The notes: a model not told the origin generated them from the sequence alone. A stretch of DNA of 48,953 nt, filler included, from Candidatus Eiseniibacteriota bacterium (GCA_043809585.1; 2 parts of 2 records of this genome joined end to end with filler, not necessarily neighbours in it); one strand, 5' to 3'; positions 1 through 9,879 are shown, counted from the first letter of the whole stretch. Made by a program: numbers and translations.

Positions 1-87
1 TGCTAATTCAAAATCCGTCTCTAGCTCGTACAAAAACTGCCGCTCGACCGTCTTCTCCGCCAGTCGATGCGCCGCGCTCCTGGCCAT
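1..87 (-). CDS. 5' end of a CDS running off the window (MARSAAHRLAEKTVERQFLYELETDFELA...); weak resemblance to the N-terminus of DUF1670 proteins
   Basis: ATG at 87 with GGAGGG RBS upstream; frame open to the window edge. Family call rests on 29 aa only. Confidence 0.4.
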   Translation of the reverse strand, partial: MARSAAHRLAEKTVERQFLYELETDFELA

Positions 88-182
88 CGCGCCCTCCTTC
101 CGAACCCGCCGAGGTGCGGGGATGTCCAGAATCTATCCGGATTCCCCACCCCCCGGCAAGTCAACTGGGAGGACATATGCCC

Positions 183-3100
183 TTATCGTATCAGCACCAT
201 CCTCGCCGTCGCCGCCCCCTCCGCCGTCTCCACCCTCACGAAGTACACCCCCGACGCCGCCTCCCTTCCCCCGTCGTTCCTCCCCTCCCACACCACCTCG
301 TGCCGTCCCGCCTTCATCACCTCATCCGTGAGCGTCCGCACCCGGGCCCCGCGCACGTCATGCACCCGCACCGTCGCCCGTCCCTTCGCGGGAAGCGCGA
401 ACCGGACCGTCGTCCTCGGGTTGAAGGGGTTCGGCACGATTCCTTCGATCGCCACCCGCGCCGGAGGCGGCCCGGCGGCGAGATCCGTCCCCTGGAGGCT
501 CATGCGGATCCGCTCCCCCCTCACTCCGGCGACCTCGATCCACCGGGGAGTGACGACGGGGTCGGTCCCCTCGACACGGAGGAGGAGCGCCTCGTCCGCC
601 CCGCCCCGCTCCGCGCTGAACCAGAACGCCGATGCCCGGCCCCGCTCGGCATCGTACCGCACGATCCCGCCACTTCCGTCCGCCGCGCCGGCGCCCCTCT
701 CCCGGCCTCCCGACAGATCCGCGACGAGCCGCACCGCCCGGAGGGCGAAACCGGTCCTGAGCCGGACCACCCGCGCACTCCCCGGCGCGAAATCGAGATC
801 GAAGGCCCCCTCGATCACCGGACCTTCCGCCGGCTCCTCCGCCGCGAGCAGCCCCGCGAGGAAGACCACGTCGGCCACGTTGATCCGGCCGTCGCCGTTC
901 CCGTCGGCGCCGGCGCTGTCCGACGGGGAGAGCTTTTCGCCGAGCAGGGCATCGACGATCCGCGCTCCGTCCTCCACGTCCAGGCGGCAGTCCCAGTTCA
1001 CGTCTCCCACCGGCCGGCGCTCCGGATCGAGGGAGACGAAGAGAGGGATCGGTTCCTTCCCCGACAGCAGGGGATCGCTCACGACCAGGAGGCTCCCCGC
1101 CAGCACCACTCCGCACCGGTGAGGACCGATCGAAGCGGTCACGCTCTCGACCTCGCCCGATGCGAGATTCCCCGCCGCCGGGTCGAGCGCCACCCACGAG
1201 AGGGTGTCGTCGATCGACCAGGCCAGGGAGTTGAACCAGAAATTCTGCAGTACGAGAATCGAATCGGCGTAGGTCGAATCCGATCCGTTCCCGAAAATGA
1301 ACGACGTACCCGACGTCACCTCCAAGCCGGGGACGAAGGCGATGGCGAACCGCCGGGTCTCGGAAGCCGCCCCTTCTCCGCAAACGTTGCGGCCGGAGAC
1401 GCGCCACCGAAACTCGCCGATCGAATCGACCTCGGCGAGATTGTAGGACGTATCGGTCACGACCGCGTTGACCACAGGATCGGCGAAAGCGGAGTCCCTC
1501 GCGATTTCCACGCGGTACGAGGTCGCCCGGGCCCTCTTCTTCCACCGGAGCCGGAGGGGAACGGGGAGATCATGCGCGCCGTCCGCCGGGGAGACGAGGA
1601 CGGGCGTCCCGGGGACCGAAGTCGCCGATCCGGGGGACTGGCATCCGCCGGACGTCTCCCCGCACTGGTTGTAGGTGACGACCCGGTAGAAATAGCTCAC
1701 GCCCGGAACCACATTGTCGTCCTCGATCGAGATCGGCCCGAACCGGGGTCCGACGGTGAACGTGTCGGGGGGCGCGGAGGGTTGATCCGACCGCTGCCGG
1801 TAGACGCGGAATCCGAGGATGTTCTGGTTGATGTACTCCGGAGGCCAGAGCCAGGAGACCGTGATCCGGCCGCAGAGGCCGTCGGAGGCCGAACACTGTT
1901 GGGGCGCCGAGGGGAGGGCGGGCCGGATCCCCGAGGCGGTGCAGGAGGAGGTCGACACGAAGCAGGCGTTGCCCGCCTCGACGGAGTAGGCCACGGTGTC
2001 GCCGAAGGCCGGGGACGGATCGATGAAGGACGACACGCCGGCCGCGACGCTGTCGAGCAGCGCCCCGTCCTCCACCCGGCGGATCCGGAACCACTCGATC
2101 TCCGGGTGGACCCAGGTCCAGGTGAGGCGGATGCCGTCGCACGAGCTTGTCGTCGCGGCGCACGCGCCCCCGGGCGCCGGCCCGATGGGGCCGGGGATGC
2201 GTGCGGCGACGGTGCACGCCGCCGCGGAGCGGCCGCAGTCGTTCACGGAGAACACCCGCCACTCGTGGTCGACCCCCGGCGAGGCCGCGCCGTCCGTGAG
2301 GGCGAGACTGTCCGGCCCGACCGAGTCGACCAGGGTTCCCCCGTCCCGATAGACGAGATGCCCGAACGCCGCCTCCGCTCCGGCGGACCATGCGATGCGC
2401 ATGGCGGAGCAGGAGACCGGGGTCGCGGTGCAGGACGAGGGGGGCGGGGGAGGCGACGTGAAGAGCCGGCCCGTGTCGGTCACCGCCGCCGACTCCTCGC
2501 AGTTGAACGCCCGGATCGTGTAGACCACTTCTTCCAGGCCCGAAAGACCGTAGTCGTTGTAGACCGTCTGCTCCGGACCGAGGGTGATGGTCCCCCCGGG
2601 AGGGGAGGAGCGGACGATCCGGAATCCCTCGGGGGGGCCGCCGGTCGACGGCGGCGCCCATTCGAGGCGAATCGTTTCGCAGCGGTCTTTCGAAGCGGTG
2701 AAGGAATCGACCGGTCCCGGCGCGGTCGGCATCGTCCCCGAATCCTCACAGGCCGAAACGGAAAGGCCGCACTCGTTCCGAGATCGAACGCCGTATCGGT
2801 GCGGCACGTTCGGGGTCGCCGCGGAATCAACGAAGAACGTGTCGGTCTCGACACCGACCCGTACCCCGTCTCGGAAGATCAAGAACGAATCGACGACGCC
2901 CGGCTCGGACGGAATCGACCAATGCACGAAAACGACGCCGCACCGGTTATCGGACGCCGAACAAGCGGCCGTCGGAGGCGGAAGACCCACGCGCATCCCT
3001 TCGTTCGGGGTCGACGCCTCCGAAATCCCGCACTCGCTCCGGGTCCGCACACCGTACGAGGCGGCGACCATCGAATCGACCGCGCCGTCGATGAAGACCG

Positions 3101-4184
3101 CGGGCGAGTCGATGGGTACCGTGCCGATCTCTTCCCCGTCCCGGAAGACCGCGTACTCCGTGAAGGGACCGGCGACCGCGTTCCAGGTGATCACCACCGA
3201 ATCGCAAAGGCCGTCCGTCGCGGCGACGCCCGAGGGCGTCGGCGGCACCGCCCCCCGCCGACCGCTGTCCGCGGAGGCCGCGGCGGAGGAGTCGCACGAG
3301 TTCCACGCCACGACCCGGTACCGGTACCACTGCTCGGAATCGCCCGTCGTGTCGAGCCAGAAGTAGGGCGCCTCCGTTCGGACTCCGAGGACTACGTCGT
3401 CCCGGTAGATCACGAAGCTGTCGACGACACCGGGCCCCGCCCCGGGGACCCAGGTGATCTCCACGTCGGCGCAGCGGTCGTCGGAGGCGATGCATGAATC
3501 GGGCGAGGGCGGAACGCCGATGCGGAATCCCGCGTCGGAGACGGCCCCCGCCGAAGACCCGCACTCGCTTCGCCCCCGCACGGTGTAGACCAGGAGGCTG
3601 CCCGGGGGGGCGTCGAAGTCGTCATGGAGCGGGGCCCCGCCCCGGAGCACGGTCGCCAGCGAATCCTCCTCCCGGTAGACCACCCATGAATCGTAGTCGC
3701 CCGCCGCCGTCTGCCAGGTCACCCGGATCGTCCCGCAGAGATCGAGGGTGGCGTTCACGGCGAGAGGGTCGGGGGGCGCCGGCCTCACCTTGCCCGTGTC
3801 GACCGCCGCGAAGAGCGTGTCGCACGGGTTGTACGCGCCCACCGTGTACGCGTGGGAGGAGCCGGCGGCGGCGGCGGTGTCCTCGTACGCCTCCGCGTTC
3901 TCTCCGAGGACGGCGATCAGCGTGTCGCTCCGGAAAACGAGGTAGCCGAGTTCCCCGGCGGAGAGGTCGGTCCACGCGAGCGCCACCCGGTCACAGAGGG
4001 AATCGGTCGCCGCGAACCCCGAGGGGGCCACGGGGGTCGCGGGCACCGACCCCGTGTCGGGAGCGGAGGGCTCCGACGGGCCGCAGGGCGTCGTCCCCCA
4101 GACCGTGTAACGGTAGCGAACGCCGGGGGAGGCCGTCCCGTCCGTGAAGCTCGGGACCGTGAGGCCGGAGGCGATCGTGTCCAC
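183..4184 (-). CDS. Large secreted FN3-repeat protein, C-terminal part: Cys-patterned FN3 repeats, Ig/BACON-like domain, dockerin, FlgD-Ig/T9SS-like tail
   Basis: ~90-aa repeats (SDxxC..W..Y.V.A.NxCG); dockerin GDVNWDCRLDVED...ADGNGDGRINVADV; tail PNPFNP...SGVYF...RMVLIR. In frame with 4191-5066 across a single TAG. Confidence 0.85.
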   Translation of the reverse strand: MDTIASGLTVPSFTDGTASPGVRYRYTVWGTTPCGPSEPSAPDTGSVPATPVAPSGFAATDSLCDRVALAWTDLSAGELGYLVFRSDTLIAVLGENAEAYEDTAAAAGSSHAYTVGAYNPCDTLFAAVDTGKVRPAPPDPLAVNATLDLCGTIRVTWQTAAGDYDSWVVYREEDSLATVLRGGAPLHDDFDAPPGSLLVYTVRGRSECGSSAGAVSDAGFRIGVPPSPDSCIASDDRCADVEITWVPGAGPGVVDSFVIYRDDVVLGVRTEAPYFWLDTTGDSEQWYRYRVVAWNSCDSSAAASADSGRRGAVPPTPSGVAATDGLCDSVVITWNAVAGPFTEYAVFRDGEEIGTVPIDSPAVFIDGAVDSMVAASYGVRTRSECGISEASTPNEGMRVGLPPPTAACSASDNRCGVVFVHWSIPSEPGVVDSFLIFRDGVRVGVETDTFFVDSAATPNVPHRYGVRSRNECGLSVSACEDSGTMPTAPGPVDSFTASKDRCETIRLEWAPPSTGGPPEGFRIVRSSPPGGTITLGPEQTVYNDYGLSGLEEVVYTIRAFNCEESAAVTDTGRLFTSPPPPPSSCTATPVSCSAMRIAWSAGAEAAFGHLVYRDGGTLVDSVGPDSLALTDGAASPGVDHEWRVFSVNDCGRSAAACTVAARIPGPIGPAPGGACAATTSSCDGIRLTWTWVHPEIEWFRIRRVEDGALLDSVAAGVSSFIDPSPAFGDTVAYSVEAGNACFVSTSSCTASGIRPALPSAPQQCSASDGLCGRITVSWLWPPEYINQNILGFRVYRQRSDQPSAPPDTFTVGPRFGPISIEDDNVVPGVSYFYRVVTYNQCGETSGGCQSPGSATSVPGTPVLVSPADGAHDLPVPLRLRWKKRARATSYRVEIARDSAFADPVVNAVVTDTSYNLAEVDSIGEFRWRVSGRNVCGEGAASETRRFAIAFVPGLEVTSGTSFIFGNGSDSTYADSILVLQNFWFNSLAWSIDDTLSWVALDPAAGNLASGEVESVTASIGPHRCGVVLAGSLLVVSDPLLSGKEPIPLFVSLDPERRPVGDVNWDCRLDVEDGARIVDALLGEKLSPSDSAGADGNGDGRINVADVVFLAGLLAAEEPAEGPVIEGAFDLDFAPGSARVVRLRTGFALRAVRLVADLSGGRERGAGAADGSGGIVRYDAERGRASAFWFSAERGGADEALLLRVEGTDPVVTPRWIEVAGVRGERIRMSLQGTDLAAGPPPARVAIEGIVPNPFNPRTTVRFALPAKGRATVRVHDVRGARVRTLTDEVMKAGRHEVVWEGRNDGGREAASGVYFVRVETAEGAATARMVLIR

Positions 4185-4190
4185 CCGGGA

Positions 4191-5066
4191 CTAGTCGACC
4201 GGGCTCCGTCCGACGGAGAAGACGAAGAGGTCCGCCGTCGACGAGTCGTGCCAGGAGAGCGCGACCCCGTCACAGAGAGTGTCCGACGCGGTCAGGTCGT
4301 AGGGGGCGTAGAGGCTGTCGCAGAGAACCGAGACATCGTCGATGAACCACCCGCGAAAACCGTTCCGGAGGGAGTCGACGGTGTCGAAGACGAACCGGAA
4401 CGCCATCTCCCCTTCCACGCCCGTGGGGGCCGAGTAGGATCGGCGCTCCCAGACCGCCGGGGTGGCGTACCCGGTCGAGGTGAGGGGCCGGGAATTCGAT
4501 CCCCCGCCGGGGACCGCGGCGGCAAGCGCCGAGTCGACGAAGACGTCGAGAACCTGCCACGTCGCGCCGCTGTCGTTCGAGAACTCGACGATCATCCGGT
4601 CCGCCGAATCGGGACGAACGCTCTCCACCTCCCACCAGGTCCGGAACGAAAGGCGGACACTCTGCCCCGGGTTCGCGAGAAGGACCGGCGTCTCCGCCGT
4701 GTCGGTCCTCGCGGCGAGGCTGGTCCCCCCGCTCCAAAGCGTGTCCGCCGGGTTCCGGGGCGCCACGTACGTTCCGTTGCTCTCGTCGGACGCGACGAGA
4801 GAGCCGCTGCCCGCCCACGCCGCGGGCCAGAACCCGCCGTCCGGAAGGTGAACGAAGTTCAACCGGAGCGTGTCGCTCACGCGGATCACCTGGGGGAACG
4901 TGACCTCGTGCCAGGCGCCGGCGAAACGCCACCCGCCGGGCCCCGCGCTCTCGAACCCCTCCCGGTAGGGGACGCTCTCCGCCGGCGCGCCCCGAGGAAG
5001 GACGAGAAGGAACAGGGCCGCGCCGAGAAGGGCGGCCCGGGTGGAGCGGGCGCTCAATAGGTCCAT
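4191..5066 (-). CDS. N-terminal part of the same surface protein: signal peptide, jelly-roll/immune-inhibitor-A-like domain, first half of an FN3 repeat; ends at an in-frame TAG
   Basis: Signal peptide; EGFES...W, FRFVFD...GWFIDDV motifs; the repeat ASDTLCDGVALSW is completed only after the TAG at 4191-4193; start overlaps the upstream gene's stop. Confidence 0.8.
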   Translation of the reverse strand: MDLLSARSTRAALLGAALFLLVLPRGAPAESVPYREGFESAGPGGWRFAGAWHEVTFPQVIRVSDTLRLNFVHLPDGGFWPAAWAGSGSLVASDESNGTYVAPRNPADTLWSGGTSLAARTDTAETPVLLANPGQSVRLSFRTWWEVESVRPDSADRMIVEFSNDSGATWQVLDVFVDSALAAAVPGGGSNSRPLTSTGYATPAVWERRSYSAPTGVEGEMAFRFVFDTVDSLRNGFRGWFIDDVSVLCDSLYAPYDLTASDTLCDGVALSWHDSSTADLFVFSVGRSPVD

Positions 5067-6265
5067 CGAAGTGCGGTGCGGACGTCGAAGCCGGCGAGAT
5101 CGACGTCCCCTTCTTCCGCGTCCCCCGTCAACCAGGCGGCGCGGAGCGACAGATCATGGTGCCGGGACAGAACGACGCGCGCCCCTCCCCCCACCTCCCA
5201 CACCGTGGCGGAGCCGAGGAGGCGTTCATCGACCGGTGCCCCGGCCGGGGCGGGGTACTCCCCGAAACGATGGAGCGCCGCGCCGGCGATCAGGCCGATG
5301 CGCTCCGACGAGGGGTGGGCGTAGTCGAGGGAGACCCGCGTGTAGCCGCCCGTCATGCCCCGGAGGAGGTACCGCTCGAGAGAGAGGGAGTCGATCGAAC
5401 CGGCGCCGAAGGCGCCCTGTTCCGATCCGTCCCCCTTGAACACGAGGAAGCCCTGAAGGTCGACGCGCCCCCCCGAGGGAAGAAGGAGACCGGCGCCGAG
5501 CAAGGTCTCGATCTGGTCCCCCTCTTCATAGAACGCCTCCCCCCCCCGCTCGTCCTTCGAGAACGACCGGTACCGGACGTCGACGGAGGCGAGGACCCCG
5601 GCGAATCCCAAGTCCCACTCCGATTCCGCCCCCGCGGAGGCGAGAAGTTCGTTCCCCGGTTTGTAGGCCGTCGCCGGCCCCTCGTCTTCGGCGAAGTCGT
5701 ACTCCCCCTTCCGCACGTAGCCGATCCCCGCCGACGCGGCGAGGCCCCGGACCGGCGAGAAACCGCGGGTGAGGGAGATCCCCGCGTCGAACCCCTCCCC
5801 GAACCGCTTGACCGGGAAGCCGAGGACGCGGTTCGTCGCGGCGCCCGCGATCGTCTCCTCGTCCGGCCCGAAGGGGACGGCGCCCGTCGGAAGGCCGAGG
5901 GTGAGGGCGGCCCGGTAGCGGCCGCCGTCGAAGCGGTACTCGCCGGTGAGAACCGCGTCGGCAAGACCGGACAGGTCCGATCTCTCGTCGCCATCGTAGG
6001 ACGCGGAGAATGCGGGCAGGAGAATCGAGAGGTCCGCCGAGGCGCCGAGGCTCTTCTTCATGAAGAGAGGGAAGGCCACCTCCGACACTTTCGCATCCGG
6101 GCCGTCCTTCTTCTCGACGGTCCACGCCCGGTAACGGACGTCGAGCCGCCCCTGAACGAAGGGGGGCCGGTCCGCCGGCGCCTCGCCCGCGGCGAAGGCG
6201 GAGGCGGAGGCGGAGGCGGCCAGGAAGAGGGCGAGCCCGGCGACGAGGAGACAGTCCCTTCTCAT
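5054..6265 (-). CDS. Putative outer-membrane beta-barrel protein
   Basis: Start MRRDCLLVAG overlapping the upstream stop (ATGA); signal peptide; amphipathic strands; C-terminal aromatic motif TALRWTY. Confidence 0.7.
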   Translation of the reverse strand: MRRDCLLVAGLALFLAASASASAFAAGEAPADRPPFVQGRLDVRYRAWTVEKKDGPDAKVSEVAFPLFMKKSLGASADLSILLPAFSASYDGDERSDLSGLADAVLTGEYRFDGGRYRAALTLGLPTGAVPFGPDEETIAGAATNRVLGFPVKRFGEGFDAGISLTRGFSPVRGLAASAGIGYVRKGEYDFAEDEGPATAYKPGNELLASAGAESEWDLGFAGVLASVDVRYRSFSKDERGGEAFYEEGDQIETLLGAGLLLPSGGRVDLQGFLVFKGDGSEQGAFGAGSIDSLSLERYLLRGMTGGYTRVSLDYAHPSSERIGLIAGAALHRFGEYPAPAGAPVDERLLGSATVWEVGGGARVVLSRHHDLSLRAAWLTGDAEEGDVDLAGFDVRTALRWTY

Positions 6266-7521
6266 GGCTGCTCCACGCGAACGGTGAGGGCCGCGCTCCC
6301 GAAAGCGCGGACGTTCGACAGGTCCGACCCCTCGCCCGCCTCCGGAAGGGGGGCGGGAAGGAGCATGGCCGAGGTCCGGTCCATCCGCCGCGTCCGGCGC
6401 TCGTCGTCGGGACGGGCGATCTCGGCGGCGACGATCGACCGGATCATCTCGCGGCTTCCCCGGGTGCGCTCGCCCCGCTCGGCGGCCAGAACGAAGTCGG
6501 GATCGAGAAGGACGGCCCGCTCGAAAAGCCCGCGGGCCCGGATGTGCTCGTCCCGGTCCTCCGCCTCGAGGGCGTCGCAGTAGGCGAGGTACGCCTTGAA
6601 ATTCGTCGTCGGAATGATGGCGATGCCCTGGCGCTCCGTGATGGTCGGCACGATCCCGAGCCTCCCGAGCACATCGAAGGCGATCCGCTTCTCGAGCTCG
6701 AAGAACTCGTTCAGGGCGCCGCTCACCGACGAGGGGGCCAAGGTCTCCCCCGTCTCGTTGTTGACGAGGAAGTAGTCGATGCGGATCTCGTTCTCCTCCT
6801 CCCGGGGGAGAACGGTGCCGCCGAGGGACCATTGGGCGCCGAGCATGGCGTCCACGGAGGAGACGGCGAGAGGGTCGAACCCCTCCGTCCGGGCCGCCTC
6901 CGCCTCCGCCTTCACCGCCTCGTAGGAGAGGCGGGGGACGACACGGAGGCCTTCGACGCGGGAGAAGTCGTTCGCGAGCTGTTCGGCGATCCCCTTGCCG
7001 AGGGCGCCGTAGGTTTCGGTTTCGGCGAGAACCTCGAAATAGCGGATCGCGAGAAGCCCCTCGGAGATCTCCGACGGCCGGTCGACCACGGACGCCGCCC
7101 ACTCGGCGTAGACCCGGCGCACGAGACGGGACATGCGGCCCCGGACGGCCCTCGCCGCCGGCGCCCCCCCTCGGGATCCGGGGTAGGCGTGGTACGAGTC
7201 GATCGCCTTCTGCCACTGCTCCCGCCCCTCGTAGGCGAGACCGAGCAGGAGAGGCAGGGACCGGTCACCCGGGCTCAGGCGCTCCGCCTCCTTCAGGCGC
7301 AGGATCGCCTGATCGTAGCGCCCCGTCTCCAGGAGGGCCCACCCGAGGTCCCGGAGAATCGCCGGATTCTCGGGGTCCAGCTTCGACCTCTCCTTAAGGA
7401 TGCCGGCGGCGTCCTCCCACCGCTCCTCCCGGAACGCGCGGGCGGTCCGGTACTCCGTCACCACGGAGCACCCGAGGGTCGCCAGGAGGAAGAAGAAGGG
7501 AATGGCTTTCCGTAGGTTCAT
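6262..7521 (-). CDS. TPR lipoprotein with CsgG/FlgO-like domain
   Basis: Lipobox LATLGC after MNLRKAIPFFF; TPR repeats; LAIRYFE...LGKGIAEQLANDFSRVEGLRVVPR CsgG/TolB-N-like segment. Confidence 0.75.
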   Translation of the reverse strand: MNLRKAIPFFFLLATLGCSVVTEYRTARAFREERWEDAAGILKERSKLDPENPAILRDLGWALLETGRYDQAILRLKEAERLSPGDRSLPLLLGLAYEGREQWQKAIDSYHAYPGSRGGAPAARAVRGRMSRLVRRVYAEWAASVVDRPSEISEGLLAIRYFEVLAETETYGALGKGIAEQLANDFSRVEGLRVVPRLSYEAVKAEAEAARTEGFDPLAVSSVDAMLGAQWSLGGTVLPREEENEIRIDYFLVNNETGETLAPSSVSGALNEFFELEKRIAFDVLGRLGIVPTITERQGIAIIPTTNFKAYLAYCDALEAEDRDEHIRARGLFERAVLLDPDFVLAAERGERTRGSREMIRSIVAAEIARPDDERRTRRMDRTSAMLLPAPLPEAGEGSDLSNVRAFGSAALTVRVEQP

Positions 7522-7602
7522 GCCTTCTCCGCGGAGGGGATCCGAAATACCTGAAGAGGTTACCACCGGGGGGGATTCGATTCCAGGGGGGAAGGGGGGG
7601 TC

Positions 7603-7644
7603 ATGGCGAAGGCCCGGAGGAGAACCTCCGGGCCCTTTTGCCAT
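7603..7644 (-). terminator. Strong GC hairpin, probable terminator or processing site
   Basis: ATGGCGAAGGCCCGGAGG-AGAA-CCTCCGGGCCCTTTTGCCAT, about 20 nt downstream of the stop at 7666. Confidence 0.6.
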
Positions 7645-7665
7645 TGATACGGGAAATCCGCAAAA

Positions 7666-8724
7666 TCAACGGATGAGGATCATCTTCTTCGTGAGGTTCG
7701 TCTTCTCCGTCTCGAGACGGTAGTAGTAGACGCCGCTCCCCACGTCCCGTCCCTGTCCGTCACGGCCGTCCCAAACCACCCAGTGGTCCCCGGCGTTCAG
7801 GTCGCCGTTCACGAGATCCGAAACGAGCCGCCCCGCCGGCGAGAAGACCGTTAGCTTCACCTCGCCCGAACGGTCGAGGGCGAAGCCGATCGTCGTCGTC
7901 GGGTTGAACGGGTTCGGCATGTTCTGGTCCAGCGCCAACCGGAGGGGCACATCATTGGCCGCCACATCGGTGGTGCTCGTCGGAATGTTCATCATGGCGG
8001 CGTTGACAACCGCCTTCGTCCCGGTCACCTGGACGAACGCCTGGACTATCATGCGATCCGCGTGGTAGGCGGAATCATCGTAGGCGACGGCGAACTCGAA
8101 GTGCTGCGTCTCGCCCACGTTGTGGATCGTCACGTCCGCACCGTTCGTGTTCGGCACCATATCGCGGAAGACATAGTAGAACTTCCCTTGGGGCGCGAAC
8201 CGGAGCCACGACTCCATGATGTTCACGTACAGCTTCATGGAGCTGGCGATAGCGAGGTCGACTTCGAGATCGACGCTGACGTAGATCGACTCCGCGTCCT
8301 GGGACGCCGTCAAGTCGACGATCAGCTCGCTCGGAACCTGGGCGCGGTTATTCACGGTCGTCCGCGCGTAGTTATACCACTGCTGGCTCGTACCGAAATC
8401 GGACGGATCGTTGAGCCACTGGCCGTCGAAGCGGAAGGTGGGGACGTAGTTGACGCCGTAGAAAACACGCCGGGCTTGCTGCTCCGTGGTGTTGTAGAGC
8501 CAAGCAGGGTCGGCCGCACTGGGCCAGTACATGTGATAGCGAACGGGCGCAGCCTGCGCACCGTACCACCCATCCATGATCACGTCCATGGTATCACGGA
8601 TGGCGTTGCAGTAAGATCAGGTCCAGTTCGTGAAGTTCTCCACGAGAACCGTGCGCTGGGCGCCTGCCGCCGGCAAGGCGACGAGCAGCATCAGACCCAA
8701 CGCCGCGAGTACACGAAGCTTCAT
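7666..8724 (-). CDS. Secreted Omp28-like thioredoxin-fold protein with FlgD-Ig tail; probable selenoprotein (U36xxC)
   Basis: AGGAGG RBS, ATG at 8724, signal peptide, RTVLVENFTNWT-TGA-SYC (TGA at 8617-8619) in frame with the 7666-8589 ORF; YGVNYVPT cis-Pro motif; PNPFNP tail. Confidence 0.85.
8582..8606 (-). promoter_or_regulatory. Candidate bacterial SECIS hairpin
   Basis: UCCGUG-AUAC-CAUGGA stem-loop starts 16 nt after the UGA and can be extended by an ACG/CGU pairing. Confidence 0.5.
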
Positions 8725-8780
8725 GAACACCCTCCTTATGGTGACGGACGGAAATCGTGGGAGCCGTTTGAGACAGGATT

Positions 8781-8789
8781 AGTATAACA
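8781..8789 (-). promoter_or_regulatory. Extended -10 promoter element (TGtTATACT)
   Basis: Motif match in an AT-rich patch about 57 nt upstream of ATG 8724. Confidence 0.45.
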
Positions 8790-9030
8790 CAGGTTAACAA
8801 CGAGAGATAGGGGTTTCTTGCCCGCCCCCGGGAGGGATGCTGTCCGGCCTCAAGTGCCCGGCAACTCAAAACATACCAACAGGATCTCGCGGTATCTTCC
8901 CGGGCGGAGAACTCGGGAACTAGGGACTTCGGGAACACCCCTCCCCGGAGGGGGGCGTCCGGGCCGGAAGACACGCCTATGATATTTGGAGATTGAAGCG
9001 GTTCAGTGGCCGGGGCACGCCCCGGAGGGA

Positions 9031-9879
9031 CTACATCCCGAGAGCGATGATCTCCTTCTCCTCTTCGATCCTGTCGCGCAATTCTTCCCAGGTGCGGACG
9101 CCCCGGTAGAACTTCCCGTTCACGAGAATGCCCGGCGTCTTCTCCACGCCGAACTGGAGCCCCTCCATCTTCTCCGCCCGGAGACGGGCGACGAGGTCCT
9201 TCTCTTTCTCGTCGGCGTGGAGCTTCGCGAGGTCGAGCCCGATCTTTCCGGCGAGTTCGTCGATACGCGTCCGGGTCAGGTCGGCGTCCCCTTCGAAGAG
9301 GGCGTCGTGCATCTCCCAGAATTTCCCCTGCTTCTCCGCGGCCAGGAGCGCGAGCGCCGCGGGCACCGCGTACTCGTGGGCCTTGAGGGGGTAGTTCTTG
9401 AAGTAGAGGGCGATCTCCTTCGGCTGCTTCACCACCCTCTTCCGGAGGGCGATCGACGTGACCCGGCAGTAAGGGCATCCGAAGTCGGCGTAGAGCACCA
9501 CTTGGATCGGCGCCTTCGGGTCGCCCGACACGATCAGGCCCGTCAGGTCGGGCGCGTAGGTCTGCTCCGGAAAGGCGGAGAGCCTCCGGTCCTCGATCTC
9601 CTCCAGGATCTCCGACTCGTCCTTGTCGGCACGGACCCGGCGGGCCACGAACGCCGCGATCCGCCGGGCGATCTTGTCGTCCGGGTTCGAGGCGAGACAG
9701 GCGGCCACCGTCTTCCCGCAGCCGCCGTAGCAAGGGGCGGTGTTCAGGACCTCTTCGGCCACCTCGAGGTAGATCCCCTTCAAATCGCCTCCCCCGTCGA
9801 TCCGGTCCCAGGGGATCGCCCCCGTCGCCGGGGCCGCGGCCAGAAGGAACGACACCGGAATCATCCACGCTCTACGCAT
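9031..9879 (-). CDS. DsbA-family thiol-disulfide oxidoreductase with a Cys-containing N-terminal domain
   Basis: Signal peptide; PCYGGCGKTVAAC; YADFGCPYC; KNYPL; GVEKTPG. Confidence 0.85.
   Translation of the reverse strand: MRRAWMIPVSFLLAAAPATGAIPWDRIDGGGDLKGIYLEVAEEVLNTAPCYGGCGKTVAACLASNPDDKIARRIAAFVARRVRADKDESEILEEIEDRRLSAFPEQTYAPDLTGLIVSGDPKAPIQVVLYADFGCPYCRVTSIALRKRVVKQPKEIALYFKNYPLKAHEYAVPAALALLAAEKQGKFWEMHDALFEGDADLTRTRIDELAGKIGLDLAKLHADEKEKDLVARLRAEKMEGLQFGVEKTPGILVNGKFYRGVRTWEELRDRIEEEKEIIALGM

Noticed and set aside
67-3497. Long plus-strand ORFs (e.g. 114-3497) and many similar antisense or alternate-frame ORFs across the window
   Set aside because: Arg/Pro/Gly-rich shadows of high-GC genes, with no recognisable motifs.
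183-8724. Genome-wide stop-codon reassignment suggested by an in-frame TAG and an in-frame TGA
   Set aside because: TAG and TGA both terminate clearly complete genes elsewhere (e.g. 36762, 34895, 7666, recA).
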